The notes: generated from the letters alone by a model not told the origin. 52,778 nt of DNA from a virus (IMGVR_UViG_3300021375_001117:1-52778), one strand, 5' to 3'; positions 35,743-46,740 are shown, numbered from the stretch's first letter. Program-made: numbers and translations.

Positions 35743-36159
35743 TTACCCCTTAATTAATTTAGACACTTCAGTTGGTGTTATTGTACTCTCTACTATTTGA
35801 ACGTTTTTATCTCTTTTGGCGTTGATAATCTCTTTGCCTAATTCTGTAAGTACTATGGCATTGTTTACAATGTTATAAGTGTCTGTGAGTTGTTTTTTAT
35901 TTTCCAGAGTACCTTCTTTTAATGTTTCTACAGTTGCTCTTGCTGTTTTTTCAGAGTAACCATTTGTAACAAATGCATCAATAGTTTGATTCATTTGATT
36001 TATATTGGGAATAGGTTCGTTAAAAAAGTTTTCGTCTAATAAGTCTTTACTGGTTTTTTGTACCTGTAATTTCTCACCTGTAATACTTACTTGCTTGTAA
36101 TGGTGATTCTTTTTAATTATTTTGCTGTCTACACCAAAGTTATTAAATATTTCTGACAT
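35743..36159 (-). CDS. Hypothetical protein
   Basis: 138-aa ORF within the tail/head operon. Confidence 0.6.
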   Translation of the reverse strand: MSEIFNNFGVDSKIIKKNHHYKQVSITGEKLQVQKTSKDLLDENFFNEPIPNINQMNQTIDAFVTNGYSEKTARATVETLKEGTLENKKQLTDTYNIVNNAIVLTELGKEIINAKRDKNVQIVESTITPTEVSKLIKG

Positions 36160-36161
36160 AG

Positions 36162-37340
36162 TTACCCACCAAACAGTTTATCATTAATTTTATTATTTAC
36201 TTTAGCAGTTGTTTCTGCAAATTCACTTTCCAGTCTATCATTGGCTATTTGCCCTGCACTAAGTATTGCCGCACCTATTGTGGAGTCGTATAGTCTTTCA
36301 AAGAAACTTCTGCCTTCAAAATCTCCTGGCTCGACACTTGTTACATCTGGATTAACAAGTCCTTTGTTGGGTTGTAACTGTTGAGATGTTCTAGAAGCAC
36401 TTGCGACTTTCTTTTGTGATTCATTATTAAGGCCTTTAATTGCACCTGCTCCTGGTGTGTTATCATTACTACCAAAAAGAATACCTTTGATAAAATCATT
36501 TATTCCATTAGTAACACCATCTATAAAATCTTCTACTAATCCTCCTATGCCTCCTTCTAAGCCTCCTACTTGTCTAAAAAGTAAGTTGCCAACTGGATCG
36601 AATATAGGAGCAAAACGTTCTTTTTCAAAATCGTCCATCTGAACTTCAAACTCTGGACTTATTAGAACTTTTTCAAAACTAAAATCTAGTTGTAGTTCTT
36701 GTAATTCACTGCTTGAATAATCATTAGCACTTTGAGTAAAACTGTTAAGTGTAGGGTTTATAAAATGTGTTACTGATACTTTACCACCTGAGTATTTGTA
36801 AAAGTCTATCCTGTCTATAAGATACTTGTCTCTGTGTATATCTAAACCTGCTGAGCCTGGATTCCATAATCCATTATTACTGGCGTTTTGGTCAGCCATA
36901 GGTAATGTTGTATCCAAGTCTTGTTTGAATCCGTTTAGTTCGTCTGAGTATCCTCTTCCATCCATATAATGATAATTGTGATATATAGATAAAAATCTCA
37001 TCCAATTGTCGTGAATATCATCGTGAACCGTTAATGCCAAGTTACCATACTCCAACCCTGTCTGAGAGATACGTTTTCTGTTGTATTGATTTAGTACTTG
37101 GTTTCTATATGTGATTTGCGGAAACTGAAAAGTTTTAATTAAGTTGCTTAACTTAAAATGTTCGCTAATATCTAAATTTAAAATACCATAGTTAGGTATC
37201 ACATTGACGAAGTATGCGAAACTTTGTCTGGGAGGTGTTCCGCCACCGTTTCTAAAATGTGTGCCTAATTGGGTTTGTGCGTGACGGGGGCCTGCTAAAT
37301 AGGCCCCTGTGCTTACATTGTGCCTAGACCTGAACTCCAT
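36162..37340 (-). CDS. Tail-tube-like baseplate/tube initiator protein (gp48/gp54-like)
   Basis: Tube-fold pattern (NQYNRK, HDD, NDYSSSE...F.FE) paralleling the adjacent tube gene. Confidence 0.6.
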   Translation of the reverse strand: MEFRSRHNVSTGAYLAGPRHAQTQLGTHFRNGGGTPPRQSFAYFVNVIPNYGILNLDISEHFKLSNLIKTFQFPQITYRNQVLNQYNRKRISQTGLEYGNLALTVHDDIHDNWMRFLSIYHNYHYMDGRGYSDELNGFKQDLDTTLPMADQNASNNGLWNPGSAGLDIHRDKYLIDRIDFYKYSGGKVSVTHFINPTLNSFTQSANDYSSSELQELQLDFSFEKVLISPEFEVQMDDFEKERFAPIFDPVGNLLFRQVGGLEGGIGGLVEDFIDGVTNGINDFIKGILFGSNDNTPGAGAIKGLNNESQKKVASASRTSQQLQPNKGLVNPDVTSVEPGDFEGRSFFERLYDSTIGAAILSAGQIANDRLESEFAETTAKVNNKINDKLFGG

Positions 37341-37361
37341 TAAGTTGCTCTTGGTCTAAAA

Positions 37362-37982
37362 TTAAACGCCTGTACCAGGTGTAGTTGGTAAAGGTGCCGC
37401 TATTGGGAATGGATCTCCTGCTTGTACTTTTCCGCCTAATGTATTAGGCCCTGCAACGTGAACAGCATTATCGTATCTGATTTGCATATCAACTGTGACT
37501 GGCTCACTTGTTGAGTAGTCGTGTTCGCTGTAGTTAGTATTAATTAGGAAACAACCTTCTAGTTCCCATTGCTCAGTTGCTTCTGCGTTAGAGCCATCTA
37601 ATACCTGAATTAACATATCAAATTTATAGTCTGATCCTGATATTGCTGATGTTTGTTCAAAGTGGTTTAACTGTCTTTGGACTTGCTGTCCAACTAAAGC
37701 GGAAACTTGGTTAGTAATATCATCCCTTATAATGAGTGATACTGGTTCCCAAGTATGCTTACCTTGAACGTATGCTCTAGAGTTATAACTGTCAATGGTT
37801 ACTTCTTCATAGCCTAATGTAGGTCTTGTTACACTAACAACATTACTTGTTAGTTCGTCAGATCTACCACCGGCTCCAAAACCTGTCATTATGACTCTAA
37901 ATCTATAACGTAATTTTGGTTGGAGGATTCCCAGACGATTACCATCAATTGGTACACCGAATTTATCCTTTGTTACTGCCAT
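37362..37982 (-). CDS. Tail tube protein (gp19-like)
   Basis: YRFRV, GKHTWE, RDD, WELEGCF, IRYDNA motifs; directly after the sheath gene. Confidence 0.88.
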   Translation of the reverse strand: MAVTKDKFGVPIDGNRLGILQPKLRYRFRVIMTGFGAGGRSDELTSNVVSVTRPTLGYEEVTIDSYNSRAYVQGKHTWEPVSLIIRDDITNQVSALVGQQVQRQLNHFEQTSAISGSDYKFDMLIQVLDGSNAEATEQWELEGCFLINTNYSEHDYSTSEPVTVDMQIRYDNAVHVAGPNTLGGKVQAGDPFPIAAPLPTTPGTGV

Positions 37983-38046
37983 TTCTTTTTCTCCTAGGAA
38001 GAACTTAAATGTTCTTATATATGCAATTATTTATCTTATTTCACTC

Positions 38047-38078
38047 AAAAAAAAGCGGCACCTATTAAGTACCGCTTT
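38047..38078 (-). terminator. Rho-independent terminator after the sheath gene
   Basis: GCGGTAC-N7-GTGCCGC followed by T8. Confidence 0.8.
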
Positions 38079-38109
38079 AATTGTTACTCCTACTGTAACT
38101 TTTTAAGTC

Positions 38110-40944
38110 TTAACTACCTGTTTGACCTAATGTACTTTGAATTCTTATCGGAACATATATAAACTCAACTGCTTTAGTTGGTTGTATTGCAACGTCTAAG
38201 TATAACTCATTTCTATTAATTCTTGCAGTAGTGTTGTTTGTTTCATCACAAACTGTAATAAAGTCAAACACACCTCTTAGGCTTACAAGTTCTGACAATA
38301 ATTGGTCAGCAACTCGTTTTACGCCTTGTCTAGTAATAGAATCATTTGGTTCGAACAAGAATGGTTTTACACCGATATCTAATTGATATCTGACATAGTT
38401 AATCAATCTTGCTACGTTAATTCTATCTAAAGCACTAGAATTTGGATTTAATGTTTTCTGTCCAAATACTGCTAGACCTTGTCCAGGGAAGTTTCCAATT
38501 GGGTTAATTTTGTTTGCGTAAAGAGTATCTCTTTGACCTTCACTTAAATTAACTACTTGGAATTCACTAGTTGCTTCGTTCACATAACCAACTGAAGTAG
38601 CATTTTGTACTAAACCTCTGTTGAATCCTGCTGGAGCAAACCACTGATATGCTACCTGGTCATTGTATGCTAAAGTTCTTAAAGCAATGTGACTTGCTGG
38701 AACTACAACATTTGTACCGTCTAGGTTAGTTGTTAAACCGTGTGGGTAATGAACTGCCGCATAGGCTGAACTTGAAACAAGTCCTTCTTTACCGTTCTCA
38801 CCTGCTTTATTGGCATTGGTTGCCCAATTTTGTAGACTTAATGAACTACTGTCTAAAGTGAATGGAGCATCTGCTAAGATAAATCCAACTTCTTTTTTAT
38901 CAGTATTTAATGTAATCATTTCATCTAATAAGCCTGGGAAGCCTGGAGCAGAAATAACATTAAAGAAGTTAGTCTCACTTCTAATGTCTTGGTCGCCAGA
39001 AAGTTCTGCCGCCATTTTTGTTTCTACTACACGTCTAACTGCATCATTTCCACTATACATACTTCCGTCTGCTTTGTTTCCACTTGCTGTTACCCAAACA
39101 TTACCAATGTTTGTATCTACTGGAGTATAGTTAATTTTATACTCTTTAACATTTTTACCACTATATCTAGTGTTCCAAGCCAATATACCAACTGCTTTAG
39201 TACTTGCCAATGTTGCGTCTGCATCTAAACTACTTGTTGGTGTTTGCCTAAAGTCTTTAAATATAATACCATCGCCTGTTACTTGGTCTGTGTTATCAAC
39301 TTTAACCCACGCACTTGTACTAGCATTCCACTTGTAAATTGCTGGTTGGTCAACTGCGTCTGAATCAACCCAAAGGTCACCATTTACCAAACTGCTTACG
39401 CCGTCTGCTTTCTTGGTAGGCTCTGTTGCTGTTACGTTTACGTCATAGTCTGTACTATATGAAGTCCATCCTACACTAGGCTTGTTGTATAAAATATCAA
39501 CATTAGCACTAGTATCATACCATAGTTTACCATCTGTTAATGATCCAGTTGGGGCACTTGCACCTGCACTATAAGTTAATGTAGTGTCACTTGCTGGATT
39601 TTTCCAGTTACTGTAAATGCCTGCTGTGATGTTTATATTAGTTGGGCCAAATCCGCCAACATTACCTGCTCTAACTCTGATATCTCTACCTGTTGAACTA
39701 GTTAAAGTAATTTTACCACCAACATTTGAAGCAACAATACTACTTGATGCTGTGCTAAATGCTGAGTTGAAGTCTTGAATCATATCATCGACACTTGCGT
39801 TTCCGTCTGCGTCGCTGTCTGTTCTAAACTGAACGTTGATGTTACTGCTTGATGTTTGACTGTCATTTACGATAATACTTACTGTAGCACCTGTATGACT
39901 TGCTAAACTTATTGCTGTATCTGTTAAGGCACTTGAACTTTGTACAATTAAAGTACTAGAACCATTATGTCTTAAAATTTCTAATTCTCCTGCTAATACA
40001 GGATCATCGTCACCGTCTTGATTTCTATTTGCAATAAATGTACCTGCTGTAACATTATTACCATTTGTTGTGTAATAGTTATGCGTACTGCTCCATACTG
40101 CTGGATTTACTAAACTAAAAGCACCTGTTGATGAATTGTAAACTTTAACGGCAATGTTTGAACCGTTGTTTAATACATCGTGCTGGAATAATAAATCGCC
40201 ATTTGCTAAAGCACCACCACTGTTCTGTGTGGTTGGTAATGAAGCAAAACTTGCCATTTGGAAGTCCTTGCTAACAACATCTTTGAAACTTGTTTCATTT
40301 GTTGTTATTTGATACCAAGTATCTGAATACTTGTAATAAAACTTAATCAACGTACTAGCCGCACCTGTGCTTGTCATTGTGACAACTGCTATAGAGCCAT
40401 TCTGTAATACAGAAGCCTTTGGTGCGCCACTACCTGCGATTTGGTCTGTTGTAAGTACTGTGTAACTTGCAACGTCCCATTTACCTGTAGTGCTGTTATA
40501 TTGTTTAAGTCCAAATTTTGAATTTGGTGTGTCGAGCCATATAGCACCATTAACTGGTGATACTGTTGGGGCATTAACAGAACCTGCTAAGTCTCCTAAG
40601 TCTATATCTGCTCTTAGTACATAGGCTCTGCTAGAGATACCTAAAAAACTGTGAGCGGCTAATAAGCCGTACTCATTAATTGCTGATCCGTGTAATTGTG
40701 AACCACCTGATGAATAAAAAAGAGGATCTCCATAACTCTGAAGTAACTCTCTTTGACTTGTAATCAGTTTTAATTTACCTGCCTCAGCGGCTGTAGTAAA
40801 AGAAGCAGTTCCACTGCCATCTGGATTACTTTTGTCTTGTTTTGTTGCTATAATTAGCAACGGCACCGTACCTTGTGAGGCCGGCGTGTAAAACGATTCA
40901 TCTGTAGTGGTTATACTAACACCGGGGGATGTCAATGTAGCCAT
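38110..40944 (-). CDS. Contractile tail sheath protein (gp18-like)
   Basis: SPGV N-terminus, WFAPAGFNRG, RDTLY..INPI, GQKTL, LDRINVARL, FEPND motifs. Confidence 0.95.
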   Translation of the reverse strand: MATLTSPGVSITTTDESFYTPASQGTVPLLIIATKQDKSNPDGSGTASFTTAAEAGKLKLITSQRELLQSYGDPLFYSSGGSQLHGSAINEYGLLAAHSFLGISSRAYVLRADIDLGDLAGSVNAPTVSPVNGAIWLDTPNSKFGLKQYNSTTGKWDVASYTVLTTDQIAGSGAPKASVLQNGSIAVVTMTSTGAASTLIKFYYKYSDTWYQITTNETSFKDVVSKDFQMASFASLPTTQNSGGALANGDLLFQHDVLNNGSNIAVKVYNSSTGAFSLVNPAVWSSTHNYYTTNGNNVTAGTFIANRNQDGDDDPVLAGELEILRHNGSSTLIVQSSSALTDTAISLASHTGATVSIIVNDSQTSSSNINVQFRTDSDADGNASVDDMIQDFNSAFSTASSSIVASNVGGKITLTSSTGRDIRVRAGNVGGFGPTNINITAGIYSNWKNPASDTTLTYSAGASAPTGSLTDGKLWYDTSANVDILYNKPSVGWTSYSTDYDVNVTATEPTKKADGVSSLVNGDLWVDSDAVDQPAIYKWNASTSAWVKVDNTDQVTGDGIIFKDFRQTPTSSLDADATLASTKAVGILAWNTRYSGKNVKEYKINYTPVDTNIGNVWVTASGNKADGSMYSGNDAVRRVVETKMAAELSGDQDIRSETNFFNVISAPGFPGLLDEMITLNTDKKEVGFILADAPFTLDSSSLSLQNWATNANKAGENGKEGLVSSSAYAAVHYPHGLTTNLDGTNVVVPASHIALRTLAYNDQVAYQWFAPAGFNRGLVQNATSVGYVNEATSEFQVVNLSEGQRDTLYANKINPIGNFPGQGLAVFGQKTLNPNSSALDRINVARLINYVRYQLDIGVKPFLFEPNDSITRQGVKRVADQLLSELVSLRGVFDFITVCDETNNTTARINRNELYLDVAIQPTKAVEFIYVPIRIQSTLGQTGS

Positions 40945-41066
40945 AATTTTTCTCCTAAAAAAAACATTTATAATGTTAGTAGTATTTACCTAAATTCGTT
41001 GTTTTAGTGCGGTATTAGAATGTAGCAGAACTGCTAATTTTTAAAAATAATGATAAATAATCGATT

Positions 41067-41750
41067 TTAGACTAAATCGAACTTTTGATGTGTTTTTTCG
41101 TCTTTTGCAACGTAATTTGTATTTATTTTGAGTACTTCTGTATCCAGTTCTTCTAAGGTGCCATTGTTATTAATAACGTCATCAAATTCATAACCTACCC
41201 AATCCCATTCGCTTGAATGAACGTGTTTGTAATTGGTATTCATTATGTGTAATGACTTAGGATCTCCGGTATTTGCCTTAACGGCAAAATCGTACCATTC
41301 TGGAATGTTTCCTCTTATAACGTGATATACTTTGCCACCTAGTTTTTTAATAAAGTCTAACTCGTTCACAAATCTACAATCGCTTATAATTACACACCTG
41401 TGGTTTTTGTGTTGTTGAAGTATCCTATATTCTAAACTGGACAACCATATATCTTTATTAAAATGGTCTCTTAATACATCTGTCCCAATAAGTTGTAATG
41501 CTAATCTAGGCGTAAATCCTTTTATACCTAACTTGCCACTCCAATATAAATCTACAGTTTCTCTGAATTCTCTGCTTTTCTGAGTTTGACCTTCTAGTAA
41601 TTCTCTATCCCAACCAAATATACTTGCACATACACTTTTTAGTGGGCCTGCAAAACTTTCTTGAACACAACCGGATTCGACCAATTTAGTGGCTACTGAG
41701 TCTTTGCCCGAGCCTATAAATCCTACTAAACCGATTATTCTATTTGACAT
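41067..41750 (-). CDS. Deoxynucleoside monophosphate kinase (T4 gp1-like)
   Basis: GFIGSGKD, FAGPLK, TPRLALQLIGTD, SDCRF.NE, HSSE motifs. Confidence 0.9.
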   Translation of the reverse strand: MSNRIIGLVGFIGSGKDSVATKLVESGCVQESFAGPLKSVCASIFGWDRELLEGQTQKSREFRETVDLYWSGKLGIKGFTPRLALQLIGTDVLRDHFNKDIWLSSLEYRILQQHKNHRCVIISDCRFVNELDFIKKLGGKVYHVIRGNIPEWYDFAVKANTGDPKSLHIMNTNYKHVHSSEWDWVGYEFDDVINNNGTLEELDTEVLKINTNYVAKDEKTHQKFDLV

Positions 41751-42502
41751 TATCCGATTACAAAGCCTAAATGTTTATTTCCTTCTTCCATATTGTTTAT
41801 AGCCGCCAATAATCTTTCTTTGTCAGCCATTGATTCCTGTTTTAATGCATCACCGTTAAGTGTAACTGCTCCGCCTGGACCAGGTAAACCTCCTGGGAAT
41901 TTACTTCTTGCTTCGCCTAACATCATTTTACATTCTGCTAAGGCCCAATCTGCAATCCAAGGTTTCGCATAATTGTCGTTAAGCAATATTTCTTCAGGTA
42001 CATAATTATATACTCCAACGGAAATATCTTCTTCGTGTTTTATGGCTCTTAGTATTTTTAAAACTTTGGTATTTGGATTAAACGTAAAATCGTACTCACT
42101 ACCAAATATTCTTCCTAATGTTTCTTTATACTGAGCAAATGCATCAAAAACTGCTAATCCACCAATCTGTCCTGCTTGAACCATATACATATTATGGAAA
42201 GCAACATCAAACGGATCAAAGTTAGTACCACCTGTTGATGTGGAACTTACTCCTCTTCTATAAACTTTTCTAACATTTAGAACTTCTGCAGGCAAACTGT
42301 ATTCTTGAACGTCTACTAGAGTAGATAAAAATACATAACTTTCTTCACTTGCAACGTCACTACGAGACCGTAACACATCAATTGCTTTGGATATAGCAAG
42401 ATTGTAGTGTTCTGGATCTAATTCCACATCAACCATACCGTCGCCTAAACGAAGTTTGATTTCTGTGATTAATTTATTTTTGTTGGTCTCGGATGAACTC
42501 AT
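41750..42502 (-). CDS. Neck protein (T4 gp13-like)
   Basis: LRLG...VDVELD, SKF..LPG.GG..TLNG motifs; GATAAATA-N5-ATG. Confidence 0.85.
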   Translation of the reverse strand: MSSSETNKNKLITEIKLRLGDGMVDVELDPEHYNLAISKAIDVLRSRSDVASEESYVFLSTLVDVQEYSLPAEVLNVRKVYRRGVSSTSTGGTNFDPFDVAFHNMYMVQAGQIGGLAVFDAFAQYKETLGRIFGSEYDFTFNPNTKVLKILRAIKHEEDISVGVYNYVPEEILLNDNYAKPWIADWALAECKMMLGEARSKFPGGLPGPGGAVTLNGDALKQESMADKERLLAAINNMEEGNKHLGFVIG

Positions 42503-42514
42503 ACAAGTATTTAT

Positions 42515-43678
42515 CTAAAACGTGGTTAGTAAAATAGTATGTTCATTTATTCTACCATTCATTTTAGTACCAGTAGTAGTTAGTGATTCAAACTCTTTAG
42601 CAAATTTTGTTTTTGCTGAGCCTGTCCAGTTCTTTATTTGCTCTGCTGGCTTACGCAATGTTTTTTGCTCACTAGAGTCAGGGCAAAAGTCTAGTATTGT
42701 TGTACCTTTAACCATTAAACCTGCATCAGGTCTGTTCAGTGCTTTGGGGTCTTTGCTTGTTGCGTGGTAGACTCCTACCTTTCTGTTCTTTGTGTTGTAC
42801 ACCCATAATTCATTGCAATTAACGATGTCTGTGGGCGAGATAGACGCCAATCCTAACTCACTAAAGGCTTCCATATACTTTAACTTTTTAATAATAGAGT
42901 CTTTACTTCTTGCTCTAGGCTTTCTTGCTTTACGAGTTGACTTTGCTTGATTGATAACTGTGTCACAAGCAGTTTCAATCTTTTCAAAAAATGCTAGGTA
43001 ATCTTTTCTCATTTTAACAGTCATAAAATTGTAGCCTTCTTTAATATCTTCATCTTGCCACTCTACAACTTCTACTGCTTCTGCTTTAGCATACTCATAT
43101 GATTCTACAATCAATTTGGCGTGATTAGCCTTAACGGCAGGTTGATACGATTGCATCATCTTGTATGGATCGAAGTCTTTAACAGTTTTATTGCCTGATA
43201 TAAATTCATCTAGATATGCTTCAAAGTCTCCCAGCAAGTCTGTAATTTGTTCTTGCATTCTTTCTTTGATTGTTACAATTTTTGTTTTTTGTTTTTCTTG
43301 TTTTTCTTTCTTTTCTAAAATTGCTGTCTTGCCTCTTGTAATCCATTCTAATTTGCGTTTTTCCAAATGTTTTTTGAAGCCTTCACTTAGATAGCCTAGT
43401 TTGGTTTCTATAAAGAATGAGTTGCCAGTGGCAGAAAATGCCCAGTCTGGATTTGCTAGGATAAGTTTAATTTCTTCTTTATCCCACCCTGATTTGTTTT
43501 TAATCCAATTCCTTGCCGCGGAAACTGTTTGCTTACTTTTAATCTCTGTGCGGACAAAGTACTCACATTCTTTGAATGCTTTTTCTCTATCGTTCTCATC
43601 TGTTAAAAGTTTTAGAGTTTTCCACTCTGGTTCTTTGGTAATAAAAACTGAACGTGTTTTAATTTTTCTTCTTGGCAT
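42515..43678 (-). CDS. Hypothetical early protein
   Basis: 387 aa with LWVYNTK.RK, KGTT and KTLRKP...NGRIN motifs; under a sigma70 promoter. Confidence 0.7.
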   Translation of the reverse strand: MPRRKIKTRSVFITKEPEWKTLKLLTDENDREKAFKECEYFVRTEIKSKQTVSAARNWIKNKSGWDKEEIKLILANPDWAFSATGNSFFIETKLGYLSEGFKKHLEKRKLEWITRGKTAILEKKEKQEKQKTKIVTIKERMQEQITDLLGDFEAYLDEFISGNKTVKDFDPYKMMQSYQPAVKANHAKLIVESYEYAKAEAVEVVEWQDEDIKEGYNFMTVKMRKDYLAFFEKIETACDTVINQAKSTRKARKPRARSKDSIIKKLKYMEAFSELGLASISPTDIVNCNELWVYNTKNRKVGVYHATSKDPKALNRPDAGLMVKGTTILDFCPDSSEQKTLRKPAEQIKNWTGSAKTKFAKEFESLTTTGTKMNGRINEHTILLTTF

Positions 43679-43916
43679 CTACTATTTTTATCTCTACTAG
43701 TTCATTTTTAACTATAAACTGGATCCAATCGGGCCAATTTTTAAATCCTAGTATATGTTTAGGATTTTTAAATGCTTTCTTTTCAGCATAGAATTCGCTT
43801 ATCTCAACTATGCCTTCCGCTTTGCCCAAGGTACGTCCGTGTTCGTAGCCTTTGTTATAACAGTATGTTGAATAAAGTGCACCTATTATTGTGAATGCAA
43901 GTATCGTCATTTCCAT
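43659..43916 (-). CDS. Small protein with an N-terminal transmembrane segment
   Basis: Hydrophobic N-terminus, AGGAG SD. Confidence 0.6.
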   Translation of the reverse strand: MEMTILAFTIIGALYSTYCYNKGYEHGRTLGKAEGIVEISEFYAEKKAFKNPKHILGFKNWPDWIQFIVKNELVEIKIVDAKKKN

Positions 43917-43937
43917 AAATGTTCTCCTGTTATGGTT

Positions 43938-43966
43938 ATTATATATGCCTTTGGGTACAAAGTCAA
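43938..43966 (-). promoter_or_regulatory. sigma70-type early promoter
   Basis: TTGACT-N17-TATAAT. Confidence 0.8.
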
Positions 43967-43987
43967 CACAAAATAGAATCGCAGAAC

Positions 43988-43995
43988 GATAAATA
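43988..43995 (+). promoter_or_regulatory. Late promoter GATAAATA, 5 nt before the gp14 ATG
   Basis: GATAAATA GTGTT ATG. Confidence 0.7.
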
Positions 43996-44000
43996 GTGTT

Positions 44001-45077
44001 ATGCCTAAAATAAGTTTATGGAATCCGGAAAAAACAAACGACTACTATTTTACAAGTAGGATAGTTGGCGAGCATCTGTTCTCAGGTGGCACAGGAATAT
44101 TTGTTCACAAGTATTTAGGTGTTGCTGAAGATGTATCAGACGGAAATGACTATACTCAAAAAAGTCCTTTAAACTATTACGACAGTGATGGTAATAAAAG
44201 AACTGGAGAGTCTGTAATACAAGATTTATTATTTTTAGAAAACAGAGATAGAATTTACAGTCAAGACGTATATGAACTTAGAGGAGCCTACGATATAGGC
44301 GATAACGACTTCGATATGACACAATTTGGATTATTTTTATCCAATGATACTATATTCATAAATTTACATATTGAAAGTATGGTAGATGCTTTGGGCAGAA
44401 AGTTAATGGCAGGTGATGTAATTGAGTTACCTCATCTGAGAGATGATTTATTATTGGACGACAGAGAAGAAGCAATTAATAGATTTTATGTTGTTCAAGA
44501 TGGTAGTAGACCATCTTCAGGATTTGATCCAAGATGGTGGCCTCACTTATGGAGAATTAAGTGTGGACCAATTACAGATTCACAAGAATACAGAGATATT
44601 ATTGGGACTGGAGAAGAAATTGGTGACCTTAGAGATGCTATTAGTACATACCAAGATGAGATTGATATTTCAGATGCTATTGTACAACAAGCAGAAAATG
44701 ATGTACCATACGACGAATCATATCAAGCAGGAGTACACCTTTATGTTAATGAAGAATTACCCAACAAGCCTATTATAGGAACTGTTGAAGGTGCTCCTAA
44801 TGGTGTAGCATTAGTAGGCAGTGGAACAAGTTTCCCTGTTTCGTCAAATGATAACGACTACTTCCTAAGAACAGACTTTACACCAAACAGATTATTTAAG
44901 AAGTCTGGTACTAGATGGGTTAAAGTACAAGATGATACTAAACAAAGTTGGAACAATGCTAACAGAATTTTAAGTTCATTTATTAATAACAGTAATAAAA
45001 CTACACAATCAGATGGTAGTACAATAGATGAAATGCAATTTGTCAGTAAAGTTGTAAAACCTAAAACGGATAATTAA
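44001..45077 (+). CDS. Neck protein (T4 gp14-like)
   Basis: QFGL...GDVIELPH pattern; upstream of gp15. Confidence 0.7.
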   Translation: MPKISLWNPEKTNDYYFTSRIVGEHLFSGGTGIFVHKYLGVAEDVSDGNDYTQKSPLNYYDSDGNKRTGESVIQDLLFLENRDRIYSQDVYELRGAYDIGDNDFDMTQFGLFLSNDTIFINLHIESMVDALGRKLMAGDVIELPHLRDDLLLDDREEAINRFYVVQDGSRPSSGFDPRWWPHLWRIKCGPITDSQEYRDIIGTGEEIGDLRDAISTYQDEIDISDAIVQQAENDVPYDESYQAGVHLYVNEELPNKPIIGTVEGAPNGVALVGSGTSFPVSSNDNDYFLRTDFTPNRLFKKSGTRWVKVQDDTKQSWNNANRILSSFINNSNKTTQSDGSTIDEMQFVSKVVKPKTDN

Positions 45078-45079
45078 AA

Positions 45080-45385
45080 ATGAAAATATATGAAGTAGCA
45101 GATAGAGTAGAGCAATTAGAAGATAAACTATATGATATGAAGTCGGCTAAAAGTAATGCTAGAAATATTACTAAAAAAATAAAGTACAGCAATGTTTATA
45201 GTGAAATAGTTGCGGAGTTAGGAACACTAGCAGAAGATAATGGTTTAGAATTAGACGAATATCAAATTCGACAAGTTTATCAAGCACAAAACCATTTAGA
45301 GTCTGAAATATATCAATTGGAAGAAATATTCGATGACGCAATTAGAGAACTTAGAAATAAAATAGATGACGCGGAAGAAGAATGA
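45080..45385 (+). CDS. Small acidic coiled-coil protein
   Basis: MKIYEV start; heptad pattern. Confidence 0.6.
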   Translation: MKIYEVADRVEQLEDKLYDMKSAKSNARNITKKIKYSNVYSEIVAELGTLAEDNGLELDEYQIRQVYQAQNHLESEIYQLEEIFDDAIRELRNKIDDAEEE

Positions 45386-46740
45386 AATATTGGTATGACG
45401 AACAGTTAAGAAGGTACATACTTCAGTTTGTGAGAATATTTGCAAACTTCAAAGTTAAAGAAGGCGGTAAAGGTACACAGAAACCTTACTACAATCAAGT
45501 GCCCGTTAGATATGCTGATATGAGCAGAATGGTTGCACATATACTTAGACAAAACTCTGAGAATATGATTAATAGCACACCGTTTATTGCTTGTTCTATT
45601 CAACAGTTAGCAATAGCAAGAGATAGAACACACGAGCCAAACTTTGTTGATAAAAAACAAATTACTGAAAGAAAATACGATAAAGAAACAAACAGTTACA
45701 GCACGTTGCCTGGCAACCAATATACTATAGAAAGATATATGCCAGTGCCGTATAATTTAACAATGCAGGTCGATATATGGACTCCTAACACTGATACTAA
45801 GATGCAGTTGTTAGAACAGATACTTGTATTGTTTAATCCAACAATTCAAATTCAAGCAAATACAAATCCGTTAGACTGGACTAACATTGTTGAAGTTGAA
45901 CTTATAGATTTACAGTGGACCAGTAGAACACAGCCTGTTGGAGTAGATGAGCAGATTGATATTGCATCTCTAACATTTACTTTACCTATTTGGTTAAATC
46001 CACCAGCAAAAGTTAAAAAACAAGAAATAGTAGAACAAATAGTTGCTGATATAAAACTTGTAGATAACTTGCAAGAGTTAGGATATGATGATGAAATATA
46101 TGATTTCTTTGGCGATTTAGAAAATGCCGCCAGTGTTATTGTAACTCCAGGCAATTATAGAATTGGGGTGTCAGGAACAGAAGTACAATTACTTTCACAA
46201 GACAGTTTATCAATTAAAAAGTGGAATGAAGATTTAATAGATGCGTATGGAAAACTTAGAGATGGCGTTAGTATTTTAAAACTAAGACAATCAAATGACC
46301 ACGAAGACCATACACAAGACATAATAGGAACTGTTTCAACACATTCATCAGATGCAGATAAACTTACATTTACAATAGACAGCGATACATTACCAGCAAC
46401 AACACTCGGTGACATAGCAAAAATTATCGACCCACAAGTAAACTATCCAGGAGACGGTACACTTGCTCCTGTGTTTGACGGGCAACGATATCTTATTACT
46501 GAAGAAATATCAGCATCAGGATATCCCGATTGGGGTATAGATGCACAAGAAAATGATATAATTCAATACAGTCAATCATCATCTAAATGGACAGTTGTTT
46601 TCGATGCTAGTTCATATTCAGGTACGGTACCTGTTACAAAGAACTTAAATACTAACAAACGTTATAAATTTGTGAGTAATCAATGGATATCCGTTTACGA
46701 AGGAGAGTACAACCCAGGGTTTTGGAAACTGGTGCTTTAG
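45382..46740 (+). CDS. Tail terminator / sheath stabiliser (T4 gp15-like) with C-terminal extension
   Basis: Y.YDEQ.R.Y..QF...F, VPVRY, MPVPYNL, QLLEQILVLFNP motifs. Confidence 0.85.
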   Translation: MKYWYDEQLRRYILQFVRIFANFKVKEGGKGTQKPYYNQVPVRYADMSRMVAHILRQNSENMINSTPFIACSIQQLAIARDRTHEPNFVDKKQITERKYDKETNSYSTLPGNQYTIERYMPVPYNLTMQVDIWTPNTDTKMQLLEQILVLFNPTIQIQANTNPLDWTNIVEVELIDLQWTSRTQPVGVDEQIDIASLTFTLPIWLNPPAKVKKQEIVEQIVADIKLVDNLQELGYDDEIYDFFGDLENAASVIVTPGNYRIGVSGTEVQLLSQDSLSIKKWNEDLIDAYGKLRDGVSILKLRQSNDHEDHTQDIIGTVSTHSSDADKLTFTIDSDTLPATTLGDIAKIIDPQVNYPGDGTLAPVFDGQRYLITEEISASGYPDWGIDAQENDIIQYSQSSSKWTVVFDASSYSGTVPVTKNLNTNKRYKFVSNQWISVYEGEYNPGFWKLVL

